64,000 bases of DNA from Armatimonadota bacterium (GTDB taxonomy: Bacteria; Armatimonadota; Zipacnadia; Zipacnadales; UBA5352). The notes under the pieces are model-generated. The model was not told the origin of the DNA. It did no database searches and saw only the letters and a list, made by a program, of their open reading frames with translations. Positions 26,910 to 35,963 of the stretch are shown here, piece by piece. Numbering within the stretch: position 1 is the stretch's first letter; each line of letters opens with the position of its first letter. Both the position numbers and the translations under genes were made by a program. The stretch is taken from positions 744 through 64,743 of the forward strand of contig JAYENL010000256.1 of assembly GCA_034722055.1 (NCBI GenBank). The letters run 5' to 3'.

Positions 26910-29333
26910 TCACGGCCCGGGCCCCAGCCGCAGCCGCCATGGCATCTGAGGTGGAGCCGCGCACAGGTCACCCGGCGGCGGCAGCAGGCCCGCCCGGTTC
27001 AGGCGGACTGCAGCGCGTGCCAGGCGCCCGCGGTGCTCGCGGAACTGGGCCGCGCCGCCGAACTGTGTGCTGAAGCCCAGCAGGCCGACGAGGCGAAGCG
27101 GCGCCTCGTCGATCCACGCCAGCTCCCCCTCCAGCCCGGGGATCGACACACCCCCGTCGCGGGCCGACCGGGCGCCCTCCTTGACCAGCCACCACAGGTC
27201 GAAGTCCTCGATACCATCCCGGATTGCCGCCCAGCGAATCGACGGCACGGGGCCGCTCTCCGTCGGCCACAAGAAGGTGGCGGAGGCGACGCCGGCGGCC
27301 GTGCTGGGGCGAAAGCGGTAACAGCGCTGCTCCTCGAACCATCGCAGGTCGCGGTCGGCGTGCTTCCCGCTCTGGCGATCCCACAGGTTCACGCACCAGT
27401 GGCTGGGCATGCTGACACCGTGCTTCATCATCTGCCAGAAGAAGCCGCGCAGGTCCAGCGGCTTTAGCGGCGTGCCCCCGCGCAGCACTGGCGACGAGCG
27501 CGTCATGTACCACGCGAAGCGCTCGCCGTGCTGCTGCCTGCGCGCCTCCAGCGCCTCCACTGTCCTGTGCCCGCGATGATGCCAGACGCCGGGCGTGAAG
27601 TCCCAGATGTCCAGGTGACCCGCGAAGGCCATCACGTTGTCGAACTGCTCGTCCTCGATGTGATCGCCGATGGTGTGGTGGCGATTGATCCCGGGGTAGT
27701 GCTCGCCAAGCCATTTGGCGTAGCTGAGATTGACCTCCCGGCCGCGCCCGGTCACGGACTCGTCCACTGGCATCCGCGTGTAGCAGTACTCCAACGCGCC
27801 CTCCCTCTCCAGCCACGGGTAGTATCTGCTGAAGAACGCCTCGGCGGTGCGGAAGTCCATGCGGTTCCACTTGTAGGCTCCCGGCGCCGTCACGTTGCCG
27901 ATGTGCAGCCCCTCGCTGCGCCACAGCCGCCACCATGCCGTGAGCAGCTCCGCGCCGCGATCCGTGTACGGCGAGACGCCCCCGGCCGGGCGGGCATCCA
28001 TGGCCTCGTCCACAATGGCGTCGGATCGCTCTGCAGGGGCCTGCATCTCGCGCTGGATTGCCGCCGCGTCCAGAGCGCGAGCGAAGCACCGCACCTCGTC
28101 GAGGTCCCCGGAGTAGAGGCTGCTGTTCATGTAGGGGTAGGTGCCCAGCACCAACCGGGAAGAGATCAGGCCCACAGGCGCCTCCTGCAGCCCGCCCTGC
28201 TCCACGCCGTCCACGAACAGCCGGGTAACGTGCGGCGATGCAGCGACCGCCACGTGATGCCACTCATCGGCGGCGAGGGGCGCCTCCAACTGGCCGGTCC
28301 AGGTCTCGGGCTCCTTCCGCCGGGCATAGAGCCCGATGCTCGCGCCCTCCCGGTACTCCAGGCGCAGGCCCTCCCCCCTCCCCCAGCAGCTCAGGACGAA
28401 CTGGGTCCGTTCGTCACCCGAGCGCGGCCGGCCCCAGCTCATTACGGTGAACTCCCGGCTTCCTACGAGTGCCTCGGGGAGCTCCAGCGTCGCCGAGGTC
28501 ACGTGCCCGTCGAAGCGCCAGCCGCCTCCGAACCTGCCGGTGCACACCGAGGGGCTGCTCCCCACGCCCCACAGCGCGCCAGCATAAGGGCTGATGCGGT
28601 AGTGGCGGTGCAGGTCCACGCACCGCCGGATGATCTGGCGCCAGCGCGGGTTGCGGCGGTCCTGATCGAGGCCGGCGTAGCGCGCGACCTCGCCGAGGTT
28701 AAGGCCGAAGAGCTGCGTCTGCACGCGCGTGTTCGCTGGCAGCGACACGTCCCAGACCTCGACCTCCACCGGCACCAGCAGCGGCTCCTCCAGGCCGCGC
28801 CAGCCCAGCCGGAGATCGCCGCGGTATCGGCCCGCAGGGGCGTCTCGGGGTGCCGTGACGGTCAGCCACACGGTCAGGGTCTCTCCCGGTTCGAGAGTAA
28901 GCCTGTCAGGCACTGGCCGCAGGGGGTCGGGCTGATCCAGCGCTCCCGGCACGGCCGGCCACATGGAGTCCTCGGGGTCGGGCTCCAGCGGATTGATGTA
29001 GGCCACCATGTAGAGGGGCTCAGGCGACGCCGGCAGCGCCTCGCCGGTAGCCTGGTGGCGGAGCGTCGGCGGCTCCGCCCGCAGCCCGGTCAGCCGCAGC
29101 GCCTGCGCAGCGCGGAGCGCGACCTGGCCGGACTCGCTCTCCCCCCGCACGAGCGCCAGCGACAGCCGCGAGGGAAGGCGCTGCCATATCTCGTCATCAG
29201 GATACCGCGGTATCTTCCGCAGGCCGTCACAGGCGCGCACGTCGAAGTCCTCGACCGCGGCGGCCTCGCCGGGCAAGATCGCTGCCGCGCACACCATGAC
29301 GACCAGCCGCCAGGCGGTTGTGCTTTGTCTCAC
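26910..29333 (-). CDS. Secreted DUF4091 (GH123-like) protein with an inserted LamG (Laminin_G_3) module
   Basis: Signal peptide 'WRLVVMVCAAAILPGEAAA'. LamG 'FTVMSWGRP...WHHVAVAASPHVTRLFVDGVEQG...GDLDEVRCFARALDAAAIQ'. DUF4091-like 'ERFAWYMTRS...DLRGFFWQMMKHGVSMPSHWCVNLW...DGIEDFDLWW'. Paralogous in architecture to 19343-22762. Confidence 0.7.
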   Translation of the reverse strand: MRQSTTAWRLVVMVCAAAILPGEAAAVEDFDVRACDGLRKIPRYPDDEIWQRLPSRLSLALVRGESESGQVALRAAQALRLTGLRAEPPTLRHQATGEALPASPEPLYMVAYINPLEPDPEDSMWPAVPGALDQPDPLRPVPDRLTLEPGETLTVWLTVTAPRDAPAGRYRGDLRLGWRGLEEPLLVPVEVEVWDVSLPANTRVQTQLFGLNLGEVARYAGLDQDRRNPRWRQIIRRCVDLHRHYRISPYAGALWGVGSSPSVCTGRFGGGWRFDGHVTSATLELPEALVGSREFTVMSWGRPRSGDERTQFVLSCWGRGEGLRLEYREGASIGLYARRKEPETWTGQLEAPLAADEWHHVAVAASPHVTRLFVDGVEQGGLQEAPVGLISSRLVLGTYPYMNSSLYSGDLDEVRCFARALDAAAIQREMQAPAERSDAIVDEAMDARPAGGVSPYTDRGAELLTAWWRLWRSEGLHIGNVTAPGAYKWNRMDFRTAEAFFSRYYPWLEREGALEYCYTRMPVDESVTGRGREVNLSYAKWLGEHYPGINRHHTIGDHIEDEQFDNVMAFAGHLDIWDFTPGVWHHRGHRTVEALEARRQQHGERFAWYMTRSSPVLRGGTPLKPLDLRGFFWQMMKHGVSMPSHWCVNLWDRQSGKHADRDLRWFEEQRCYRFRPSTAAGVASATFLWPTESGPVPSIRWAAIRDGIEDFDLWWLVKEGARSARDGGVSIPGLEGELAWIDEAPLRLVGLLGFSTQFGGAAQFREHRGRLARAAVRLNRAGLLPPPGDLCAAPPQMPWRLRLGPGP

Positions 29334-29389
29334 TCAGGCAGCACCTCTCAGTCGTGCGCTGCGGCCATAGAGGATCCCGGAGACCGCCC

Positions 29390-32300
29390 CTATTCCAGAC
29401 GTAACACGGCGAATCGGTCGAGGTCCAGGCGGATGCGGCCGTCCGTGAGCGCAAGCTCGTCGCCGGTCGCGACGTCCACGACACGGCGCGGCGAGAGTCC
29501 GTTGAGCGTCACCTCCAGCCCCTCTACGGGACTGAAGGTGAAGTTCAGCAGACAGATGCGGCGGAGGCCGTCATCGCCTATCAGCAGCACCGCCTCCACC
29601 AGCGGCTCCGAGCACACCACAGGGCTGACGACCCCCGCCTCGTCGAGCAGTGACCTGAAGACCTCGCGCACCTCGGCCGCGAACTCGGTGGGGAGGTAAC
29701 CGGAGAGCTCCTGCTCTCCGCCTCGGCCGAAGGGCCACATGGGGAAGGCCGGACGCACGTAGGCGTAGCCGGGGAGGAAGCCCAGCAGAATGGCCCGGCC
29801 GTCCCCGGCCCGGCGTGCGATCGCCGCCGGCCTGCCCTCATCGGTAGTCGCCAGGACCTCCACGTCCGAACCCGCGGCGGACGTCAGCGTCTGCCTGAAG
29901 CCGTAGTGGTCGATCTCCACGTCCGGGAAGTGGGCCGCATCCAGGGGGTGCCGATGCAGCAGCTCCAGCTTCGGGCGCAGGCAGATGTCGGCCTTCTGCA
30001 CCGGCGCCGAGGCCACGCCAAACAGCTCCGCCATCACCGGGTTGGGCCGGTTGTACTCATCCAGGAGCCCGCCGCCGGCGACGGAGATCACGGTCCCGCC
30101 ATCGCGGACCCATGCGGCCAGCCCCTCGGCCGCCGCCCGGCTGAGGTGATCCCCGACCAGCACGTAGGCATCGTAGTCGCGCAGCCGCCCCTCCGCGACG
30201 TCCTGTTCCCCGAGGATGTCAACCGGCACCTGGCAGTGTCGCAGCAGGTAGTAGAGCTGCTGCCGCTCCTGCGGGTAGATCTGGTGGCCCAGCAGCCTGT
30301 CGTCCTCCTGCTCGATGGTCAGGTCCCACACGTCAGTGGTGATCGACCATCCCAGCGCCACGCGCGCCGGCACCACCCGGGCCCGCACGCCCGTGAGGTC
30401 ATCCTCCACCTGCCCGATGGCGTGATTGACGCTCTTAAGGGTCTTCAGCACGATGGGCGTGAGTATGCTGGTGGAGCCGCAGTTCATGCGGATGTCGTAG
30501 TAGGTGACGTGCTCGAAGCCGTGCGCCAGCTCCACGAAGGTCGCCAGGTGCAGGTACTCCGGGTCGGTATACCCGCGGATGCCGGCGGCGATCTGGTAGG
30601 TGCCCATGGGCACGTCGTGGTACTTCGCCAGCGCGCGGCCCAGCGCCCCCTCGTAGGATTGCGTCTGCGGGCCGAGGTACTGCGGGGCGCCGCACCGCCC
30701 CCAACTGATCTCGGAGTGGAACGCCAGCCCCTCCGCCACCCGGAACAGCTCAAAGGGATGCACGCCGCGCCCCAGCACCGGGCCGTTGCCCTCGCTGGGG
30801 TAGATGCTGCCGGCATTCCCGCGGCTGCCCTCGGGGAAGGCCCGCTGGATCTCCGCCACGCCGCGGCGGGTCGCCTCCGCGAACAGCCACGCCCTGAAGC
30901 GCACAGAGTGGTAGTAGAGCGCCGGATTGTCGGCTGCCTCCTCGGCTGTCCCCTCGCCCAGCGTCACCCGGCCCCACAGCTCCGCCTCCGGGGCCTCGGC
31001 GCCCTGGGCGGCAACGTCATCGGGCAGCACCTCCGCCGGCTCGATGCCGCGCCCCTGGAGATAGCCGCGGAAGGCCTCGTTGATCTTCGGCCACTCGCGC
31101 AGCTCGGACAGCGGCGGCGGGCCGCTCTCCTCGATCATCTTGACGCTGACGGGGATGTCGCCCACGCCGGCCTCCTGGTGTCGGGCGTGCATCTCCCGGC
31201 AGCGCTCGGCGTAGTCCGTGAAGTCGCCCTCCAGGCACTGCCGGTTGATGTGCGCGTTCGAGAGCGAGACGTAGGCCATCTCGCGCCTGGTGCCCAGGCG
31301 CCGGGCGTTCTCGGGCAGATACAGCGCCGGATCGACGCCGTAGTACTGCCCGTTGAGGCCCATGGCCTGGTAGAGGCGCAGGTATCCCGGGTACTCCGTC
31401 TCCACGCGGCCGGCCAGCGCGCCGAAGAATCGCGGCGGCCTGCCGGCCACGGGGTAGCGCTTCACAATGTCAGCCTGGCGGTGGAACAGCTCATCGTAGG
31501 TCATGGCCTTGCGGCCCGCCAGGCTTCCATCCTCGTAGAGGCCGACGCCGGTCGCGCACACCACCTCCAGCCTGTCGCGGCCGGCCGGCCAGCGCGCGTC
31601 GATAATGACGTGCCGGTCGCAGGGCTCGGCGTCCGCGACCATCAGCCGCACCCCGCCGTCCAGCTCCCGGTCGGCGTGAACGCGGAAGGCGGCCATCTCG
31701 ATGGTCGCGGCGTCAAAGCGCTGCCAGGGGCTCTGCATGGGCTGCTCGATCGGCGCCGCGTCGGGACCCGGCTCCACCCGCCACCACGGTCCCTCGCGCC
31801 GCACGAAGCCGCCACGGGTCAGATCGAAGACATCGCGGGGACCCTTGTAGTAGCCGTTGACGAACCAGCGCGGCGCGACGGCCAGGCGGATCGGCTCGTC
31901 CGGTACGCCGTCCACCACGACCTTGAACCAGAAGGGCTTGCGGAACCTGGATATGATGGGAGCGACCTCGGAGGCGTTGTCACCCCGCCACGACCAGGGG
32001 CCGGAGCCGGGCTCCAGCGACAGATCGCTGCTGAGGAACACGAAGTCCAGGACGCGCGGCGCGGCCGGCTGCTGGTTGCGCCCCTTGTGGATGATGACCT
32101 CCGCGAGGCCCTCCTGCAGGTCAACGGTCTCGCCGCCGACGTAGGCCAGCTCCGTGCTGTGCCAGTGCCAGGGCGCCATCACGGTCAGGCCGCGGCCGAA
32201 GGGGAAGTAGGCCGGCTCCTCGATGCGCCCGTACCGCTCGTCGAACAGGAGCCGACCGCCCTGGCGGATGCGGATCCCGAAGACCTGCCCGAAGCCGTAC

Positions 32301-32605
32301 GACAGCTCGCAGTGCACCCACAGCCTGTAGCGGCCGGCCTCGCGCACCACGATACGCTGCACGGCCTCCGCGGGCTCGTCGGTCTCAGCCGCCATCATCT
32401 TGTTCCGCGACCACATGTTCGGCAGGCCCGCGAACTGCCCCAGCGGGGTCTCCCGCCACCCGCCGCCGCTGGTGAAGTCCTCGGCCTCCAGGCAGAAGTG
32501 CTGGGCGCCGCTGGCGGGGTCCCGGGCCGGCTCGACGACATCAGACTCCTCGCTGGTGATCAGTGACAGAGCCAGGCACAGGGCGGCGGGGGCGTGGACC
32601 AGCAT
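29390..32605 (-). CDS. Large secreted hypothetical glycoside-hydrolase-like protein with a GH42-type trimerisation (GATase1-like) domain
   Basis: ATG at 32605 has GGAGGAG 6 nt upstream and gives the signal 'MLVHAPAALCLALSLITS'. 'DYDAYVLVGDHLSRAAAEGLAAWVRDGGTVISVAGGGLLDEYNRP' resembles the beta-galactosidase trimerisation domain. The central region is TIM-barrel-like. Family unverified. Confidence 0.55.
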   Translation of the reverse strand: MLVHAPAALCLALSLITSEESDVVEPARDPASGAQHFCLEAEDFTSGGGWRETPLGQFAGLPNMWSRNKMMAAETDEPAEAVQRIVVREAGRYRLWVHCELSYGFGQVFGIRIRQGGRLLFDERYGRIEEPAYFPFGRGLTVMAPWHWHSTELAYVGGETVDLQEGLAEVIIHKGRNQQPAAPRVLDFVFLSSDLSLEPGSGPWSWRGDNASEVAPIISRFRKPFWFKVVVDGVPDEPIRLAVAPRWFVNGYYKGPRDVFDLTRGGFVRREGPWWRVEPGPDAAPIEQPMQSPWQRFDAATIEMAAFRVHADRELDGGVRLMVADAEPCDRHVIIDARWPAGRDRLEVVCATGVGLYEDGSLAGRKAMTYDELFHRQADIVKRYPVAGRPPRFFGALAGRVETEYPGYLRLYQAMGLNGQYYGVDPALYLPENARRLGTRREMAYVSLSNAHINRQCLEGDFTDYAERCREMHARHQEAGVGDIPVSVKMIEESGPPPLSELREWPKINEAFRGYLQGRGIEPAEVLPDDVAAQGAEAPEAELWGRVTLGEGTAEEAADNPALYYHSVRFRAWLFAEATRRGVAEIQRAFPEGSRGNAGSIYPSEGNGPVLGRGVHPFELFRVAEGLAFHSEISWGRCGAPQYLGPQTQSYEGALGRALAKYHDVPMGTYQIAAGIRGYTDPEYLHLATFVELAHGFEHVTYYDIRMNCGSTSILTPIVLKTLKSVNHAIGQVEDDLTGVRARVVPARVALGWSITTDVWDLTIEQEDDRLLGHQIYPQERQQLYYLLRHCQVPVDILGEQDVAEGRLRDYDAYVLVGDHLSRAAAEGLAAWVRDGGTVISVAGGGLLDEYNRPNPVMAELFGVASAPVQKADICLRPKLELLHRHPLDAAHFPDVEIDHYGFRQTLTSAAGSDVEVLATTDEGRPAAIARRAGDGRAILLGFLPGYAYVRPAFPMWPFGRGGEQELSGYLPTEFAAEVREVFRSLLDEAGVVSPVVCSEPLVEAVLLIGDDGLRRICLLNFTFSPVEGLEVTLNGLSPRRVVDVATGDELALTDGRIRLDLDRFAVLRLE

Positions 32606-32826
32606 GGCGCTCTCCTCCGTGGCGGGCTTGTCTCCTATGGACGCGGAAGCGTGGGCGGCATACCGGGCTGGCTCTTCGCCAGTCGGCGCGCGCCTCCCTG
32701 CCATCGGCCGCTACCCATCAGTCTCCATGCGGGCGGCACTATCGGAGCGGGCATCCTCCATCGGCACAGCGCCGGGGGTGTCCTGGCGGCGGGGGCTCGC
32801 TGGAGGGAGGAACGACACAAACGGCT

Positions 32827-32860
32827 CCCCGGGCCGGCGCGGAGCGCGCCGAGCCCGGGG
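32827..32860 (-). terminator. Very stable GC hairpin (15 bp with one bulge): CCCCGGGCCGGCGCG-GAG-CGCGCCG(A)GCCCGGGG
   Basis: Read directly. On the minus strand it lies about 245 nt downstream of the pseudopilin stop and is followed by GAGCCGUUUGUGU. It could equally be a repeat or regulatory element. Confidence 0.3.
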
Positions 32861-33103
32861 GAAATGCACACGCAACGACCGCTGCCCTCCGTGAGGTGGT
32901 ATCTCGCCACAAGGCCGTCACGGCTTCACGATGCGCTCATCGCAAGCCCCCAAAGGCAATGGCGTCGCTCCGGGCGCCGCGGCCCCCCGCCGGCTCCTCG
33001 CGGGCGATGGCACGACGCCCCCACTCAAACGACGGTCTCACCGAGGAGCGACCGCACCCTGAGATTGGTGGCCGATCAAGCTGCCGTCTCGAAGCCAGCG
33101 TGA

Positions 33104-33778
33104 CTACGGCCCGCCGAACCAGTGCGGGACCGGCTCGCGGAGCCACTTGCCATGCCCGTCACAGAAGGCGGCGTTGAACCCACCGTTGTGGCGGTCGGAG
33201 ACCGCGTACTTGCGCGCGTTCTCGTACAGGCTCCCGCCGACCATCTGGGTCATGACGGCGATCCGGAAGCAGTTGCTGGGATCGCTGCGCGTGCTCTGGT
33301 CGCATGCGTAGATGATCCCGGCGGGGTTCTCGAGGCTGTCGGTCTTCTGCCCCCACCCGCGCGCCGGCCCGGACTGGATCGTCCCGCCCTGGCCTACGTC
33401 CCTCCATGCGTTGCAGGCATAGCCGCCATGCACGTAGTGGCTCGGCTTTCGGTAGCTTGCGCCGCACGTTGAGGTGTGCACGCCGCCGAAGCTGGGGCAG
33501 ATGAAGATCTCCTCATTCTTCACGTAGGGCTCGATTAACTGGCTCCACACGTAATTGGGGGGATCACAGTGTTGGTCACTGGGGGTGAATGTCCCATCGT
33601 AGTCCTGAGCGTACATCAGCACCGCCATGCCTATCTGTTTGAGGTTGCTGAGACAGGCCGTCTGCCTGGCCTTGGCCCTCGCCTTGGCGAAGACCGGGAA
33701 GAGAATCGCTGCCAGGATGGCAATGATCGCGATCACCACCAGCAACTCGATCAGAGTAAAGCCTCTGTCGGTACGCAT
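33104..33778 (-). CDS. Prepilin-type N-terminal cleavage/methylation domain protein with a DUF1559-type C-terminus (type II/IV pseudopilin-like)
   Basis: ATG at 33778 has GGAGG 7 nt upstream. Class-III signal '[34 protein letters not shown]...[21 protein letters not shown]'. C-terminal '[19 protein letters not shown]' (H-x9-DG type). The longer listed ORF (to 34087) has no supporting SD or signal. Confidence 0.85.
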   Translation of the reverse strand: MRTDRGFTLIELLVVIAIIAILAAILFPVFAKARAKARQTACLSNLKQIGMAVLMYAQDYDGTFTPSDQHCDPPNYVWSQLIEPYVKNEEIFICPSFGGVHTSTCGASYRKPSHYVHGGYACNAWRDVGQGGTIQSGPARGWGQKTDSLENPAGIIYACDQSTRSDPSNCFRIAVMTQMVGGSLYENARKYAVSDRHNGGFNAAFCDGHGKWLREPVPHWFGGP

Positions 33779-34012
33779 GCTCTCGCCTCCAATTGGAATG
33801 CTTCCGCTCGCGACGATCAGGCCTTTGTCGAGGCCAGATGCCTTATGTACTACCATTCGCGAGCAGTTCCGCAATTCCTTCCTCTCCCCAACTTTTTTTC
33901 TTGCTGGATGGTGTGCAAGCCGAGTGGCTTGGTGGCACCGGCTTGTCTGACCGCGACAGATGTCGTAAGCTCCAGGGCACAGCACCTGCATCGCTACGGG
34001 AGGGAGCCGATC

Positions 34013-34273
34013 ATGATAGAGGTCCAGCGCAGGGACGAGTTCACCTTCGTGGTCACGGTCGAGGAGGGCGGGAGCACCAGCGAACACACGGTGACGGTGG
34101 ACGATGACTACTACGAGACGTTAACCGGAGGCGAAATCAGCAAGGAGGAGCTGGTCAGGCGGTCCTTTGAGTTCCTGCTGGAGCGGGAGCCCAAGGAGTC
34201 GATCCTGTCACGGTTCAAGCTGCAGGTCATCAACCGCTATTTCCCCTCCTACGAGGACGAGATAGGCGTCTGA
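34013..34273 (+). CDS. Small (86 aa) hypothetical protein
   Basis: ATG at 34013 is preceded by GGGAGGGAG. Protein-like sequence '[84 protein letters not shown]'. The upstream 33569-34012 part of the listed ORF overlaps the pseudopilin gene antisense and is rejected. Confidence 0.6.
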   Translation: MIEVQRRDEFTFVVTVEEGGSTSEHTVTVDDDYYETLTGGEISKEELVRRSFEFLLEREPKESILSRFKLQVINRYFPSYEDEIGV

Positions 34274-34286
34274 CGGCCCGGCAGCG

Positions 34287-34542
34287 TCACGGCTCTTCGC
34301 TCTCGCCGGCAAGCTGCACCGACAGGATCGCCAGCCCGTAGTCGCTCAGCGGGCAGTGCACCAGCAGCGTGTGCGCCTCCTGCTCGACGGCGAGATCCTC
34401 GCCCGTGAGGGCGTTCGTCACCCGCAGGTCCCTCGCCATCATCGAGCCGGAGCCGCACCTCGCCCCCTTCCGCGATCATCTGGGCGTCCGCCACGCCCCA
34501 CAGGGCTATCAACAACGCGCTCGCGACGATCCGAACACGCAT
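34287..34542 (-). CDS. Possible small secreted protein split over two frames (signal peptide in one frame, high-GC3 51-codon body in another)
   Basis: ATG at 34542 gives 'MRVRIVASALLIALWGVADAQ', and GC3 bias is then lost. A second frame from ATG-ATG (34442/34439) to the TGA at 34287-34289 encodes 'MMARDLRVTNALTGEDLAVEQEAHTLLVHCPLSDYGLAILSVQLAGESEEP' with almost every third position G/C. The frames can be joined at the C5 run 34463-34467. Confidence 0.3.
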
Positions 34543-34676
34543 TGGACTCTCACCCCACGAGCGCTTCCGCAACGGCAGCTACCGACCTGCACCGCGATCA
34601 GCGGGATGACAAACCCGAGCCTCGGCCGCCGAGCGTCAGATCCGTCGGCCCAGCACGCAGCAGAGCACTCCGCTGG

Positions 34677-35957
34677 TCAGAGCTGCTCGAGCTGCATGTC
34701 AAGCAGCTTCGCTGTCTCGGCCAGGGCCTCCAGCCACCGCCCGAAGGCCATGGACATGTGCTGGGAGCCGACCAGCACCTGGGGCAGCCGTGCCACGTCG
34801 CCCTCCACGTTCATGTGGATGATGATGCGGCAATGGCCGCCATCCTCGCTCCCTGTCGTCTCACCCTCAAGGCTCACGATCCTCTCCAGCGACTCGTGCA
34901 GATTGAGCAGCGTCATGGGCTCCGGGGCCCTGATGTCCGCGTAGGCAGTGACCCCGAAGCCCCTGGTGTGATAGTCGCGCACAGTGTAGGGCTCCGCGGC
35001 CATGGAGGCCGGGATGAGGTCATGCTCGATAGTCACCTCACCTTTGCCCGCCTCGAACATCCCCTCGCGGTAGCCGAAGTTGCCCATCAGGACCGGTTGC
35101 TCGCTGACGGCATGGAGCATCAGCGACGCCAGCATGGCGGTGACGTCGCCCTCACACGCGCACATGATTCCCTCGTCTATGAGGCGATCGAAGGCCAGGC
35201 AGGGCACCACGGGACGCTCCTCGGTGAACCGCCCGCAGTTGATGGTGACCCCGTTGGCGTCCTCTCGCTCGCAGAGATCACGCAGGGCAAGATACGCCCT
35301 GGTGGCGTCCAGCATGCTCTCGTGGTCAGGCTCGACCTCGGCGAAGTCCGCGCTCCACTGCTCCAGCTCGGCCTCGACGTCATCGTCGGCGAGGCGGTCG
35401 AAGTAGCGGTAGAACTCGTTGGTCTCGATGTGGCGGACGCGAGTGCCGAGCCGCCGCTCGATGAGCTGGAAGTCATAGGGGCCGTTGGGCGCGGAGAAGG
35501 ACGGAATCTCGCCGATGTACAGGAACTTGCTCTCGCGGAGATACTTCTTGACTCTCAGCGCCCGCAGGAAGCTCTCGCTGGCCGAGCCCTGGATGACGGG
35601 AAGACCGTACTGGGAGAGGGTGAACTGCTCCCAGGGCCGCCGTCCCGCGCTGCCGACCAGCAGGGCGTCAACGTCGTGCGTCAGCTCCGACGGGAAGCCC
35701 CTGAGGTCCCGCTGCTCATGGATCACGTAGAGGTCGTCCAGCTCCACGAAGCCGACGTCGGTGCTCTCCTGGAAGCTGGTGACCATGGCCTCAGCGGAAG
35801 TGCGGACGTCCTCGGCAGCGGGAGCATCAATGGGCGGGGTGCCCTTCACGTCCGGCGAGCAGACGCTGCCGTAGACATCGCTGTAGTGGTGAATGCCGAT
35901 GTACACGGGCTTGATCTTGACGGTTCCACGGCCTTGCTGGCTCGTCGTCACTGTCAT
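34677..35957 (-). CDS. L-fucose/L-arabinose isomerase-like protein (COG2407-type), paralog 1
   Basis: 'VVPCLAFDRLIDEGIMCACEGDVTAMLASLMLH' aligns by eye with the metal-binding 'ATENDSLNGVAML' (FucI) / 'GAEGDWK' (AraA) block. The downstream 'TIEHDLIP' His block is present. It is one of four paralogs in the window. Confidence 0.7.
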   Translation of the reverse strand: MTVTTSQQGRGTVKIKPVYIGIHHYSDVYGSVCSPDVKGTPPIDAPAAEDVRTSAEAMVTSFQESTDVGFVELDDLYVIHEQRDLRGFPSELTHDVDALLVGSAGRRPWEQFTLSQYGLPVIQGSASESFLRALRVKKYLRESKFLYIGEIPSFSAPNGPYDFQLIERRLGTRVRHIETNEFYRYFDRLADDDVEAELEQWSADFAEVEPDHESMLDATRAYLALRDLCEREDANGVTINCGRFTEERPVVPCLAFDRLIDEGIMCACEGDVTAMLASLMLHAVSEQPVLMGNFGYREGMFEAGKGEVTIEHDLIPASMAAEPYTVRDYHTRGFGVTAYADIRAPEPMTLLNLHESLERIVSLEGETTGSEDGGHCRIIIHMNVEGDVARLPQVLVGSQHMSMAFGRWLEALAETAKLLDMQLEQL

Positions 35958-35963
35958 CGCTCC

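Noticed and set aside
33569-34012. The first 148 codons of listed ORF 33569-34273.
   Set aside because: They are antisense to the well-supported pseudopilin gene and cross its AT-rich promoter region. Only the last 86 codons (from ATG 34013 with a GGGAGGGAG SD) look protein-like.
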